Shown one piece after another: positions 18,323 to 26,886 of a stretch of 44,879 nucleotides of DNA. The stretch spans positions 1 to 44,879 of IMG/VR virus record IMGVR_UViG_3300042879_003901. One strand, given 5' to 3'. Every line of letters begins with the position of its first letter. The first letter of the stretch is position 1. The DNA is from a virus (Duplodnaviria > Caudoviricetes). The translations under genes were made by a program, and so were the position numbers. Under the pieces are notes generated by a model. The model saw only the letters and a list, made by a program, of their open reading frames with translations. It made no database searches and was not told the origin of the DNA.

Positions 18323-18636
18323 GCTTCACTCCTTGCGCCGTACTCGTGCCAATGCCGCTCACAGATCATCCCGAATGCCGTGCTGCCATCTCTTTCCCAA
18401 TACGCAGGGACGCCGCCGTGTTGCGACGGGCAGCCGCATGACAGAGTGAAGCGTTGGGTGTGGTTGGGCTTCCCACCGGAGTAGGTCTTGACCCATGGCT
18501 CCTGCTCCGTCTGCCCCAGCGCGGCGCGGAGGGCATCAATGGCGGCACTGCGGGCCGCTGTCACAACGGCACCTTCGGGCTCGCACCATGTCAGCGCCTC
18601 CAGCGCCTGACGCGCAGCGTCTCTCAGGTCAGTCAT
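18319..18636 (-). CDS. Hypothetical protein, MTDL-family copy 1
   Basis: Starts MTDLRDAARQALEAL; ATGA overlaps on both sides. Confidence 0.7.
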   Translation of the reverse strand: MTDLRDAARQALEALTWCEPEGAVVTAARSAAIDALRAALGQTEQEPWVKTYSGGKPNHTQRFTLSCGCPSQHGGVPAYWERDGSTAFGMICERHWHEYGARSEA

Positions 18637-18977
18637 ACCGCACCCCCTGCCCAAGCGAACACGCTGTTGGCCACGCGTGGCAGGGCCCGCTTGGCGCGGC
18701 GCCTGGCGCACTTCTGGGCGTTGTTGAACGCTCGTGGCTTGCGGGCATCAGGCCCGTCGCCGAGCGCGTAGACCGCCCGCAAGTACGTCTTGCCGACGTT
18801 GGTCTGGCGGGTCCAGGACACGATCCGCACCTGCTTCTTGGCCGCCCGGCGCATCGTGCTGAGCACGGCCGACACCTCCTGGTGGGTGCTGCCCGGGAAG
18901 AACTCCGCGACCTCGTGGCTCAGCAGCGGGCCCACGGTCGCGAGCACGTCGCGCACGCCTGCGTGTGTGACTTTCAT
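18633..18977 (-). CDS. Hypothetical basic protein (possible winged helix)
   Basis: RAVYALGDGPDARKP...ANSVFAW; coupled ORF. Confidence 0.65.
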   Translation of the reverse strand: MKVTHAGVRDVLATVGPLLSHEVAEFFPGSTHQEVSAVLSTMRRAAKKQVRIVSWTRQTNVGKTYLRAVYALGDGPDARKPRAFNNAQKCARRRAKRALPRVANSVFAWAGGAV

Positions 18978-19162
18978 GACCACCTCGTCACAACGTCAGC
19001 CATCAGCGAGCGGCAGTCCTCGGCCGTCTGCGTGGCGTTGCCGCCGTGCTTCAGGAAATTGCGCAGCTTCTGGTCCACGTCCCACAGGAGGCGGTGCATC
19101 TCGGCCGCGGCCAGGGCCATCTCGGCCTGCTGCGGGTCGTCGAACTCGATCGTGACTTTCAT
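18974..19162 (-). CDS. Hypothetical protein
   Basis: MKVTIEFDDPQQAEMAL...LRNFLKHG; coupled ORF with AAGGA RBS. Confidence 0.65.
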   Translation of the reverse strand: MKVTIEFDDPQQAEMALAAAEMHRLLWDVDQKLRNFLKHGGNATQTAEDCRSLMADVVTRWS

Positions 19163-19443
19163 TGCATTCCTTGCTTGGCCCAGGCCATGTAAGTGTCGTA
19201 GTCGTGGAAGATCCGGCCCTCCCGGTGGACGCACCCGTCGGGCGCCCAGATCGTCGCGTCCTTGATCGGCACGGCGCCGCGCATGGTGACGATCAGCTCC
19301 GGGCCGTGTTCGCCGACCAGGAACCCGAACGCCGGGCACGGCAGGATGTCGACGAGCTGGTTCTTCTCGCCGTACTGGTGGATGAGGATGCTGTACGAGT
19401 GGTCGTCCGTACGCATCAGGAAGAGCTGTTGCTGTTCTGGCAT
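19159..19443 (-). CDS. Hypothetical protein
   Basis: 94 aa; first gene of the leftward operon, divergent from the repressor; GAGG RBS. Confidence 0.65.
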   Translation of the reverse strand: MPEQQQLFLMRTDDHSYSILIHQYGEKNQLVDILPCPAFGFLVGEHGPELIVTMRGAVPIKDATIWAPDGCVHREGRIFHDYDTYMAWAKQGMQ

Positions 19444-19598
19444 GTGAGCCTCGCTGTCGTTTGTGACGTTCGCAATGTATGAGAAAACGAAACGACCGGC
19501 ACATTCCCGACAGCTTTACTTGGGCATTAGTTCCTGTACTCTGTTGCAAATGACAGGCAAGGTTGCGCTCTGTTCAACATTCCGCCCGGGAGAGGTAG

Positions 19599-20288
19599 GT
19601 GGCATCACAGCTGTGGCAACGACTGCGAGCGGCGCGCAAGTTCGCCGACATGACCCAGGCCCAGCTGGCCGCGGTCTGCAACGTGACCAGGTCTGGCTAC
19701 GCGTTCTTCGAGAGCAGCGACGACAACGCCAGGACCAGGCCCAACACCGACCAGATCATGGCCATCTCGAAGCTGACCAAGGTCCCGATCGAGTGGCTCC
19801 TCAACGACACATCTGACCCGGGCGACGTCTGGAAAATCGGCGTTGTCAACGGTTTCGCCGCAAAGCCGATCGCTCCCGTGAGCGCGCACGACTGCCCGAT
19901 CAAGCGCCCCGACAGGCGGGACGAGACCTTCTGGCGGGCGGTCGAGTACCACGTCACAATGCAGGACCCCCACCGGGCCGAGGCCTTCGAGGCGTCCGTG
20001 CCCGTGGACTCGATCGAGCTGAAGATCCGATACCAGTACGAGCGCGTGCTGTGCTGCTTTTGCAGCGCGTCGGACCCCCAGATGTTGACCCTCTTCATGG
20101 GGCGCTTGCTCCTGTATGAGCGCGCCCTGCAGCGGACGATGCACAAGCACCTCGTTGTGTGGCCCCGGGACGGGCACGAGCACGACCTGACCAGCTTCAT
20201 CGAGGCGGCCCAGAAGGGATTCGGCATCTCGATCCAGGTGGTGCATGCGGCCGACGAGGCCGCGGCCTACCTCCTGTCCCAGAAATAA
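19599..20288 (+). CDS. XRE-family HTH repressor-like protein
   Basis: RLRAARKFADMTQAQLAAVCNVTRSGYAFFES...VPIEWLL HTH; no S24 peptidase motif recognised in the C-terminus. Confidence 0.8.
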   Translation: MASQLWQRLRAARKFADMTQAQLAAVCNVTRSGYAFFESSDDNARTRPNTDQIMAISKLTKVPIEWLLNDTSDPGDVWKIGVVNGFAAKPIAPVSAHDCPIKRPDRRDETFWRAVEYHVTMQDPHRAEAFEASVPVDSIELKIRYQYERVLCCFCSASDPQMLTLFMGRLLLYERALQRTMHKHLVVWPRDGHEHDLTSFIEAAQKGFGISIQVVHAADEAAAYLLSQK

Positions 20289-20403
20289 CCCTTTGTTTGC
20301 GTCAGGTATCGGAGGATACTTGCGCGCCCATGTTGGACAGATATACTTGCGGCCACGCTGAAGTAAGACAGCGTGACTGTTCAACGCAAGAAAGGAGGAC
20401 CGA

Positions 20404-20583
20404 GTGTCCAAGCAGTTGAGGATAGGCGCGACGGTCTTGTACCGCACGCCGCGCGGTGGCCAGGAGGGTATCGGCAAGATCGTCGACGTCCACCAGACCG
20501 AGCGTGGCCTGTGGTACGAGGTCAAGGACCGCAACACCGGCGCGGTCGTGCGCCTGCGTGTCAGCTCGATGGAGCTGGCATGA
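20404..20583 (+). CDS. Small hypothetical protein (59 aa)
   Basis: GTG start after a strong AAAGGAGG RBS; MSKQLRIGATVLYRTPRGG...; translated by hand. Confidence 0.65.
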   Translation: MSKQLRIGATVLYRTPRGGQEGIGKIVDVHQTERGLWYEVKDRNTGAVVRLRVSSMELA

Positions 20584-20732
20584 AGCCGGCGGCGCACTTC
20601 CTTCCAGGCAAGGCGGTGCGCCGCGCTTGGCCTTTCCCGGTGTCGGTCGACACCAAAGGCAACGCCACCTGCACGTTGCCGCCCAAGCAACCCAAGCGCG
20701 AGCTGGCCAAGCTGCCTGACGCGCTCTTCTGA
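20580..20732 (+). CDS. Small hypothetical protein
   Basis: ATGA overlap; MKPAAHFLPGK...AWPFP. Confidence 0.5.
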   Translation: MKPAAHFLPGKAVRRAWPFPVSVDTKGNATCTLPPKQPKRELAKLPDALF

Positions 20733-20740
20733 AAACCACC

Positions 20741-21184
20741 ATGTTCACCATCACCATTCAAAAGCCCACCGGCGAGGAGGCGATCGCCGAATTGCTCCGC
20801 GTGGCAGCGTTCTACATCAAGTTCGAGGACGCCAGTGCCCAAGGGGTTGGGAGTATCCCGGCCGACGCCCAAGGGGTTGCCAGTGAGGCGGCCGAGGCAC
20901 CGGCGCCCTCACCCCGCAAGTCGCGTGCGAAGAAGGAAGAGGCCCCCGCCGCGGAGGCACCTGCACCTGAGCCCGCCCCGGCACCCGAGCCTGCCCCGGC
21001 CCCTGCACCTGCAGCGCTGGACGGCGAGGCCCTGCGGGTCAAGATCCGCACGGTCCTGACGCCCCTGATGAAGGGCGAGAAGGCGGGCGCCGCCCGGGCC
21101 CTGATCAAGACCTATGGCGACAGCATCACTGCCATTGCCGATGACAAGTTGCCAGCCCTGCTGGCAGAAGCGGAGGCCCTGTGA
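20741..21184 (+). CDS. Hypothetical replication-module protein with Pro/Ala-rich linker
   Basis: APAPEPAPAPEP linker and helical C-terminus; similar proteins often precede DUF2800 genes. Confidence 0.7.
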   Translation: MFTITIQKPTGEEAIAELLRVAAFYIKFEDASAQGVGSIPADAQGVASEAAEAPAPSPRKSRAKKEEAPAAEAPAPEPAPAPEPAPAPAPAALDGEALRVKIRTVLTPLMKGEKAGAARALIKTYGDSITAIADDKLPALLAEAEAL

Positions 21185-21444
21185 GCGACAACCTGACCCC
21201 TCAAGTCCTGATCATTCTGCAGGACAACCCCCAGACCGGCGAGCTGGACGTCGGAGGCGTGCAGCGCCCCACCGAGTTCAATTCGAAGAGCCCGGCCCAC
21301 GTGGTGGGCAAGTTCATCGCCGAGAACCTGAACCAGATCGTGATGGCCGCGGCGCACGCCAGCCGCGCCAACGCGCCGGACGTGGGCGAGTCGATCATCG
21401 GCCCGGACCGCGAGCGCACGATCGTCCTGCCGGGGGCCGAATGA
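21181..21444 (+). CDS. Hypothetical protein
   Basis: GTGA overlap; 87 aa. Confidence 0.65.
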   Translation: MSDNLTPQVLIILQDNPQTGELDVGGVQRPTEFNSKSPAHVVGKFIAENLNQIVMAAAHASRANAPDVGESIIGPDRERTIVLPGAE

Positions 21445-21599
21445 GAACCGCCATGCTGCGCCGAGCACGCGCGCTGTGGAACAGCCCCACGGCCTCGCGC
21501 GAGACCAACCGCTGCAACCAGCTGAAGTGGGCCAGGGCCGTCGCCAGGCTGGGCGACAAGTGGCTGCTGGCCACGCCCGTGGAGCGGCGGTCGTGCTGA
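21441..21599 (+). CDS. Small phage protein (WARAVARLGDKWLLA)
   Basis: ATGA overlap; 52 aa. Confidence 0.6.
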   Translation: MRTAMLRRARALWNSPTASRETNRCNQLKWARAVARLGDKWLLATPVERRSC

Positions 21600-21808
21600 C
21601 GCCCGAAGAGCAAGAGCGCCTGGCCTACATCCAGGGTGACCTGGCCAAGGCCGAATTGCTGCAGGCGCTCCTCGACGCCGAACAGTGTCTCGAAAGAGCT
21701 TTCGACGGCAACTCCGATGCGTACCACAACGGGTGGGACGACGGCCACGAAGTCGGCCTGGAGGAAGGCAAGAACGCAGTCGAGCACGAAGGGAGCACAT
21801 GTGACTGA
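21593..21808 (+). CDS. Hypothetical protein
   Basis: GTG start, MLTPEEQERLAYIQG...YHNGWDDGHEVGLEEG. Confidence 0.6.
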   Translation: MLTPEEQERLAYIQGDLAKAELLQALLDAEQCLERAFDGNSDAYHNGWDDGHEVGLEEGKNAVEHEGSTCD

Positions 21809-22040
21809 AGAGCAACGCAAGCACGCCAAGCTGTCGGCCAGCGGCTTCAAGAAGTGGGCGACTTGCACGATGTCACCCTGGCTCGAGAAGGACATCGAGG
21901 ACGAGGACAGCGACTTCAGCCGCGAGGGCACCTGCGCGCACGGGGTGGCCGAGCTGCGCCTGAGCAAGTGGCTGAACCTGAACTTGAACCAGGAAGGCAA
22001 GAACGCAGTCGAGCACGAAGGGAGCACATGTGACTGAAGA
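21762..22040 (+). repeat. Exact 50-bp direct repeat (21762-21811 and 21991-22040)
   Basis: AGGAAGGCAAGAACGCAGTCGAGCACGAAGGGAGCACATGTGACTGAAGA occurs twice. Confidence 0.95.
21801..22037 (+). CDS. DUF2800 (Cas4-like exonuclease), N-terminal fragment
   Basis: HAKLSASGFKKWATCTMS...SREGTCAHGVAE is the typical DUF2800 N-terminus; stops within the second repeat copy. Confidence 0.75.
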   Translation: MTEEQRKHAKLSASGFKKWATCTMSPWLEKDIEDEDSDFSREGTCAHGVAELRLSKWLNLNLNQEGKNAVEHEGSTCD

Positions 22041-23076
22041 ACCCATGGAGTCCAGCGTCGACGGGTACGACGAGTTCTTCAACGCCGAGTTCAGCGCCTA
22101 CGTGCAGGACTTCGTTGACTACTGCATCGGCCGCATCGAGCAGGCGCGCAAGGAGCACGGGCCCGCCAACGTGGCCGTCCTGCTCGAGCAGCGCCTGGAC
22201 TTCAGCGAGTGGGTCCCCGAGGGGTTCGGCACCGGAGACGTCGTGATCATCACGCCGGGCAAGGTGATCGTGATCGACCTCAAGTTCGGCAAGGGGATCC
22301 GGGTCGAGGGCAAGGGCAACGGGCAGCTGCGGCTGTACGGCCTGGGCGCGTACAACATGTACCACCTGCTGTACGACTTCAACGAGGTCGAGGTGGTCAT
22401 CCACCAGCCGCGCCTGGAGAACGTGGGCGGCGACACCCTGCCTGTCCAGGGCCCCGACGGGATCCTGGAGTGGGCCGAGCAGGTCGTGCGGCCGCGTGCT
22501 GCGATTGCATGGGAAGGCCTGCACGGGGACTTCACCAGGGCGCGCTTCGCGCCGGGTGAGCACTGCTCGCAGGCGTTCTGCAAGGCGCGGTTCACGTGCT
22601 CGGCGCGTGCCCGCTACATGCTGGAGCTGGCCGAGCAGCCGTTCAGCCTGGACGAGCCAGACACGCTGACCGTCGAGCAGCTCGAGTCGGTGGTGGACAA
22701 GGCCGACCTGGCGGTGAAGTGGGCGAGCGACTGCAAGTCGTACCTCCTCAAGCAGGCCAACGACGGCAAGGTCCAGCTGCAGCGCTACGAGCTGGTCGAG
22801 GGCCGAAGCAACCGCGTCATCAAGGACCCGGTGCAGGCCGCGCACGTGCTGATCCACAACGGGTTCAAGGCCGGGGACATCTACAAGGACCCCGAGCTGG
22901 CCAACCTGACCTCGCTGGAAAAGCTGGTCGGCGCCAAGAAGTTGAGTGAATTGCTCGGGGATCTGTTGCACAAGCCGACAGGTAAACCGACACTCGCCCC
23001 ACGCGGGTCTGGCAAGACAGCTGTCGAGCCACGTTCATCGACGACAGCCACGCAAGCATTTGGTGACCTGGACTGA
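22030..23076 (+). CDS. DUF2800 (Cas4-like PD-(D/E)xK exonuclease), C-terminal part
   Basis: EQRLDFSEWVPEGFGTGD, IDLKFGKG, QLRLYGLGA, IHQPRL, CSQAFCKARFTC, LVEGRSNR and KPTGKPTL motifs. Confidence 0.88.
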   Translation: MTEEPMESSVDGYDEFFNAEFSAYVQDFVDYCIGRIEQARKEHGPANVAVLLEQRLDFSEWVPEGFGTGDVVIITPGKVIVIDLKFGKGIRVEGKGNGQLRLYGLGAYNMYHLLYDFNEVEVVIHQPRLENVGGDTLPVQGPDGILEWAEQVVRPRAAIAWEGLHGDFTRARFAPGEHCSQAFCKARFTCSARARYMLELAEQPFSLDEPDTLTVEQLESVVDKADLAVKWASDCKSYLLKQANDGKVQLQRYELVEGRSNRVIKDPVQAAHVLIHNGFKAGDIYKDPELANLTSLEKLVGAKKLSELLGDLLHKPTGKPTLAPRGSGKTAVEPRSSTTATQAFGDLD

Positions 23077-23130
23077 CAGTTCACCGAACCGCGCCCGGCG
23101 GAACCGGGCAACTGAAACTGAAAGAAGCAA

Positions 23131-23748
23131 ATGGCAGCAGAGAAACCGAAAGCAACCAATGTTCTGTTGGGTCGTGAGAAGGGCAAGCCCGTGCGGTTTT
23201 CCCACCTCCACGTGTTCAAGCCTCACCTGAACACCGAGAGCAACAAGGAGGAGTTCAGCGTCCAGCTGTGGATCCCGAAGGAGAACAAGGTCGATCACCA
23301 GGCGGCGGTCGATGCGTTCGAGGAGCAGAAGGCCCTGTACACCAAGCACGAGGGCAAGCCTGGTCCTGAGTTCCACAACCCGATCAAGGACGGGGACAAG
23401 ATCACTGACAAGAAGGGCAACGCCAAGCCGGTGCCTGGCATGTGGGTGATCAGCGCCAAGACCGCGGCCTACGAGCAGGACGGCACGGCGGTGGATCCCC
23501 CGCAGGTGGCGGGCACCGAGCGCGACGAGAAGGGCGAGCTGAAGCTGCTCACCTCGGCTCAGGTCAAGAGCGGCGACTGGGGCCGCGCGTCCATCAACTT
23601 CAAGTTCTTCCCGAAGGGCAAGGGCGGAGTGGGCGTGTACCTCAACAGCCTGCAGAAGACCAAGGACGGCGAGGCCCTGGGTGGCGGACGTCGCAGCGCA
23701 GCGGCTGAGTTCGCTGACTTCGAGGACGACGAGGACCTCCTCGGCTGA
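23131..23748 (+). CDS. DUF2815 ssDNA-binding protein (T7 gp2.5-like)
   Basis: VRFSHLHVF, NPIKDGD, GVGVYLNSLQKTKDGEALGG and acidic tail FADFEDDEDLLG. Confidence 0.88.
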   Translation: MAAEKPKATNVLLGREKGKPVRFSHLHVFKPHLNTESNKEEFSVQLWIPKENKVDHQAAVDAFEEQKALYTKHEGKPGPEFHNPIKDGDKITDKKGNAKPVPGMWVISAKTAAYEQDGTAVDPPQVAGTERDEKGELKLLTSAQVKSGDWGRASINFKFFPKGKGGVGVYLNSLQKTKDGEALGGGRRSAAAEFADFEDDEDLLG

Positions 23749-23852
23749 TGTGCAACTACGCCCTGGTAGCGCTGCTGGTTCTGTGCGGCTTCGCTATCGG
23801 GGTGTACGCCGGCTTCCTTGTGGGCCGGCATTTTCAGAAAGCGATCACATGA
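23748..23852 (+). CDS. Small membrane protein (34 aa)
   Basis: MCNYALVALLVLCGFAIGVYAGFLVGRHFQKAIT; overlaps both neighbours. Confidence 0.5.
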   Translation: MCNYALVALLVLCGFAIGVYAGFLVGRHFQKAIT

Positions 23853-24016
23853 ACATCCAGTTGAATCTGACCCTTGACGTGGTCAACACCCTTCTGACCG
23901 CCCTGGGTCAGCTCCAGGGCGCCGCGCAAAACGCGGTAACCGCCATCCAGCAGCAGGCCCAGGCCCAGCTGCAGCCGCCCGCTCCTGAAGAGGAAAAGGC
24001 CGGCGGCACCGACTGA
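23849..24016 (+). CDS. Small hypothetical protein
   Basis: MNIQLNLTLDVVNTLLTALGQL...; ATGA overlap. Confidence 0.6.
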   Translation: MNIQLNLTLDVVNTLLTALGQLQGAAQNAVTAIQQQAQAQLQPPAPEEEKAGGTD

Positions 24017-24027
24017 TTGAGTTCTTT

Positions 24028-24058
24028 CCCCGGCGGCCACCATCGCCGGGGCTTTTTT
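24028..24058 (+). terminator. Rho-independent terminator
   Basis: CCCCGGCG...CGCCGGGG stem followed by CTTTTT. Confidence 0.75.
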
Positions 24059-24262
24059 GGTGAGGGCCGACCCTCACCAAAGAAGAGGGCCGACGCAACT
24101 CCAGGCGCCCCTGACCAGGGTGTCGCACAGGCCCACCATGCTAACCGCCTCTACCCGGGAAATCATCAAGGGGCGGCATGCACAAACCGTGGCGTTGGGG
24201 AAAGAAGTAACGCGGAATGGTGGGCAACCGGTCACTGAACACAATGAGAAACAACGGCTGAA

Positions 24263-24769
24263 ATGAGCAACACAGAAACTTGGAAAGACGTCTCGGGGTA
24301 CGAAGGTCGTTACCAGGTCAGCGACCAGGGCCGTGTTCGTTCTCTGCTGACCGGGAAAGTTCTGTCCCTTGCCAGGCCGAGGGCCAACATGCGGTACATG
24401 ACTATTTCGCTGGGGTCCCGAAACAACCGCAAGACGTTCTTGGTTCACAGGCTCGTTGCCGTGTGCTTCCTTGCGCAGCCGGAAGGATCGACCGAGGTCA
24501 ACCACAAGAATGGCAATCGTGAAGACAACCGTGCTGAAAATCTAGAGTGGTGCACTCGGAAGGAGAACGTCAAGCACGCCCGCGATGTATTGCTCCGCAA
24601 GGGGTACGAGGGGAAGCGCATCCGCGCGGTGTTCGCTTCGGGGGAGAGCAGGACATGGCCGAACCAGCTTGCTGCGGAGGTGGAGCTGCGGGGCCGCGGC
24701 ACAGGCATCGTGTCCTGGGCAATTAGGCTTGGCCGCCAGGCGCTTGGTGCGTCTTGGTCTCGGGTCTGA
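24263..24769 (+). CDS. NUMOD4-HNH homing endonuclease
   Basis: ETWKDVSGYEGRYQVSDQGRVRS (NUMOD4); VHRLVA...VNHKNGNREDNRAENLEW...EN. Confidence 0.92.
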   Translation: MSNTETWKDVSGYEGRYQVSDQGRVRSLLTGKVLSLARPRANMRYMTISLGSRNNRKTFLVHRLVAVCFLAQPEGSTEVNHKNGNREDNRAENLEWCTRKENVKHARDVLLRKGYEGKRIRAVFASGESRTWPNQLAAEVELRGRGTGIVSWAIRLGRQALGASWSRV

Positions 24770-24771
24770 TC

Positions 24772-26886
24772 ATGTCCAGCGCCTGGTCTTTGGATTTTGA
24801 AACGCGCAGTGCCGCCGACATCAAGCTCGGTGTGGAGCGCTACTCGAAGGATCCCGAGTGTGAAGTGCTCATGCTGGCGTTCCGCGCGCCGGACATGGCG
24901 GAGCCGTTCGTGTGGCATCGAGGCCCGCATCTCAACGAGCACGACCCCGAGCGGGACGCCATGCTGCAGCGGCTGCTCGAACACGTTGCCTCGGGCGGCC
25001 ACATCCGTGCGTGGAATGCAGGCGGCTTTGAATACAACATTTGGGCCAACGTCTGCGTGCCCAAGTACGGCTGGCCGCCGCTGAAGCTGGAGCAGTGCAT
25101 CGACACGATGGCGCAGGCCGCGGCGCAGAACCTGCCCCAGGCGCTCGGCCGGTGCGCCGTGGCGGTGGGCCTGCCCTCCGACAAGCAGAAGGACACCCGC
25201 GGCAAGTACCTGATCCAGCGCCTGTGCGTGCCTCACCCGCCCACGAAGACACGTTCGAGCAAGTGGGTCGAGGACCCGGAGCTGTTCAACGAGATGGTGG
25301 CGTATTGCGCCCAGGACGTGATCGTCGAGGAGGCGATCGCCAGGAAGCTGCGCCCGCTGTCGCCTTTCGAGCAGGACGTCTGGATCGCCACGCAGCGGGT
25401 CAACCTGCGCGGGGTGCCCGTTGCCCTGGACGAGGCACGCAACATCCACGAGGTGGTGGAGCTGGAGAAGGAGCGCCTGAACCGGGAGCTGCGAGCGGTC
25501 ACCGGCCGGCGCGTGCTCAAGGCCACCGACAGGCATGGCCTGCTGGAGTGGGTCAACGCTCAGGGACTGACCGAGCCGGTGGAGTTTGCGGAGCCGGTGG
25601 ACAGCGACGATGACCGGCTGGAGGACCTTCGCAGCGACACGGTCGAGGCCACGCTCAAGCGCGACGACCTGCCGCCGCACGTGCGCCGCGCGCTCGAGAT
25701 CCGCGCTGCGGTGGTTCAGACCAGCACGGCCAAGTACGCCAAGCTGCTGAAGATCACGGCGGACGACGGCACAATCAAGAACATGTTCGTGTACCACGGC
25801 GCGGGCACCGGCCGGTGGGCCAGCCGCGGCGGGTTCAACGTGCAGAACATCACCCGGCCCACGCTCCTGGTCGACGAGAAGAAGGGCCTGGACGACATCG
25901 CCAACGCCCACGAGATCCTGGGCTCAGGCAAGCACACCGAGGCCCTGCTGTTGTGGGGCGACCGGACGATGGACGCGGCGGTGAGCTGTCTCAGAGGGGT
26001 CCTGAAGGCCCCCGAGGGGTACGAGTTCATCGACGCGGACTACAGCTCGGTGGAGAACCGGGTCGGCGTGTGGCTGGCCGGGCAGCAGGACAAGGTGGAC
26101 ATGTTCGCCAAGGGCCTGGACGAGTACAAGGTCTTCGCCAGCAAGAGCCTGTACCGGGTGCCCTACGAACAGGTCACGAAGGACATGCGCCAGATGAGCA
26201 AGAGCGCCGTGCTGGGCTGCCTGTTCGGCCAGGGCGCGCAGGGCCTGATCGACTACGCGAAGGGCTACGGCGTCACGCTCACGCCCGAGCGCAGCAAGGA
26301 AGTGGTGGACGCCTACCGCGCCGAGTACGCGCAGGTGCGTGCGCTCTGGTACGCGTGCGGCGACGCGGCCATCAACGCGGTGCGCAGCCCGGGCCAGTGG
26401 TTCGAGGCGGGCGACAAGCTCGAGCTGATCTGCCACCGCAACTTCCTGTGGATGAAGCTGCCCAGCGGGCGGCTGATCTCCTGGTCCCGGCCTGAGGTCG
26501 AGATCCAGGACGCGCCTTGGAACGAGAAGGTCATTGACCCAGAGACCGGAGAGGTCACCGAGATCAGGGCGCGCAAGCCGGTGGTGACGGTGGAGTCGAT
26601 CGACACATACACGCGCCAGTTCTGCCGGCACAAGCTGATCGGCAGCAGCATCTTCCAGAGCGCGGTCCAGGGCACGGCCCGGGACATCATTGCCCAGGGA
26701 ATGATGAACGTGGAGGCCGCCGGCTACCCGGTGGTGCTGATGGCCCACGACGAGCTGATGGCCCTGGTGCCCGAGGGCACGAAGGACCCAGAGGAGTTCG
26801 GCCGGTTGATGTGTCAGCCAGCCGAGTGGTTCAAGGATTTGCCGCTGAGCTACGAGGCCTGGCGGGGAAAGCGATTCAAGAAATGA
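24772..26886 (+). CDS. Family A DNA polymerase with 3'-5' exonuclease
   Basis: ExoI LDFETRS, ExoII NAGGFE, ExoIII YCAQD; TGRWAS, motif A ADYSSVENR, motif B RQMSKSAVLGCLFG, motif C AHDE. Confidence 0.93.
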   Translation: MSSAWSLDFETRSAADIKLGVERYSKDPECEVLMLAFRAPDMAEPFVWHRGPHLNEHDPERDAMLQRLLEHVASGGHIRAWNAGGFEYNIWANVCVPKYGWPPLKLEQCIDTMAQAAAQNLPQALGRCAVAVGLPSDKQKDTRGKYLIQRLCVPHPPTKTRSSKWVEDPELFNEMVAYCAQDVIVEEAIARKLRPLSPFEQDVWIATQRVNLRGVPVALDEARNIHEVVELEKERLNRELRAVTGRRVLKATDRHGLLEWVNAQGLTEPVEFAEPVDSDDDRLEDLRSDTVEATLKRDDLPPHVRRALEIRAAVVQTSTAKYAKLLKITADDGTIKNMFVYHGAGTGRWASRGGFNVQNITRPTLLVDEKKGLDDIANAHEILGSGKHTEALLLWGDRTMDAAVSCLRGVLKAPEGYEFIDADYSSVENRVGVWLAGQQDKVDMFAKGLDEYKVFASKSLYRVPYEQVTKDMRQMSKSAVLGCLFGQGAQGLIDYAKGYGVTLTPERSKEVVDAYRAEYAQVRALWYACGDAAINAVRSPGQWFEAGDKLELICHRNFLWMKLPSGRLISWSRPEVEIQDAPWNEKVIDPETGEVTEIRARKPVVTVESIDTYTRQFCRHKLIGSSIFQSAVQGTARDIIAQGMMNVEAAGYPVVLMAHDELMALVPEGTKDPEEFGRLMCQPAEWFKDLPLSYEAWRGKRFKK

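Noticed and set aside
20837-21010. GCCCAAGGGGTTG direct repeat and Pro-Ala repeats
   Set aside because: Short in-frame duplications inside a low-complexity linker; no sign of a separate function.
21762-22040. Diversity-generating retroelement TR/VR pair
   Set aside because: Copies are identical with no adenine-specific mismatches, and no reverse transcriptase was recognised in the window.
22030-23076. CRISPR-associated Cas4
   Set aside because: Context (DUF2815 SSB, PolA) is the usual phage replication module; no cas1 or array.
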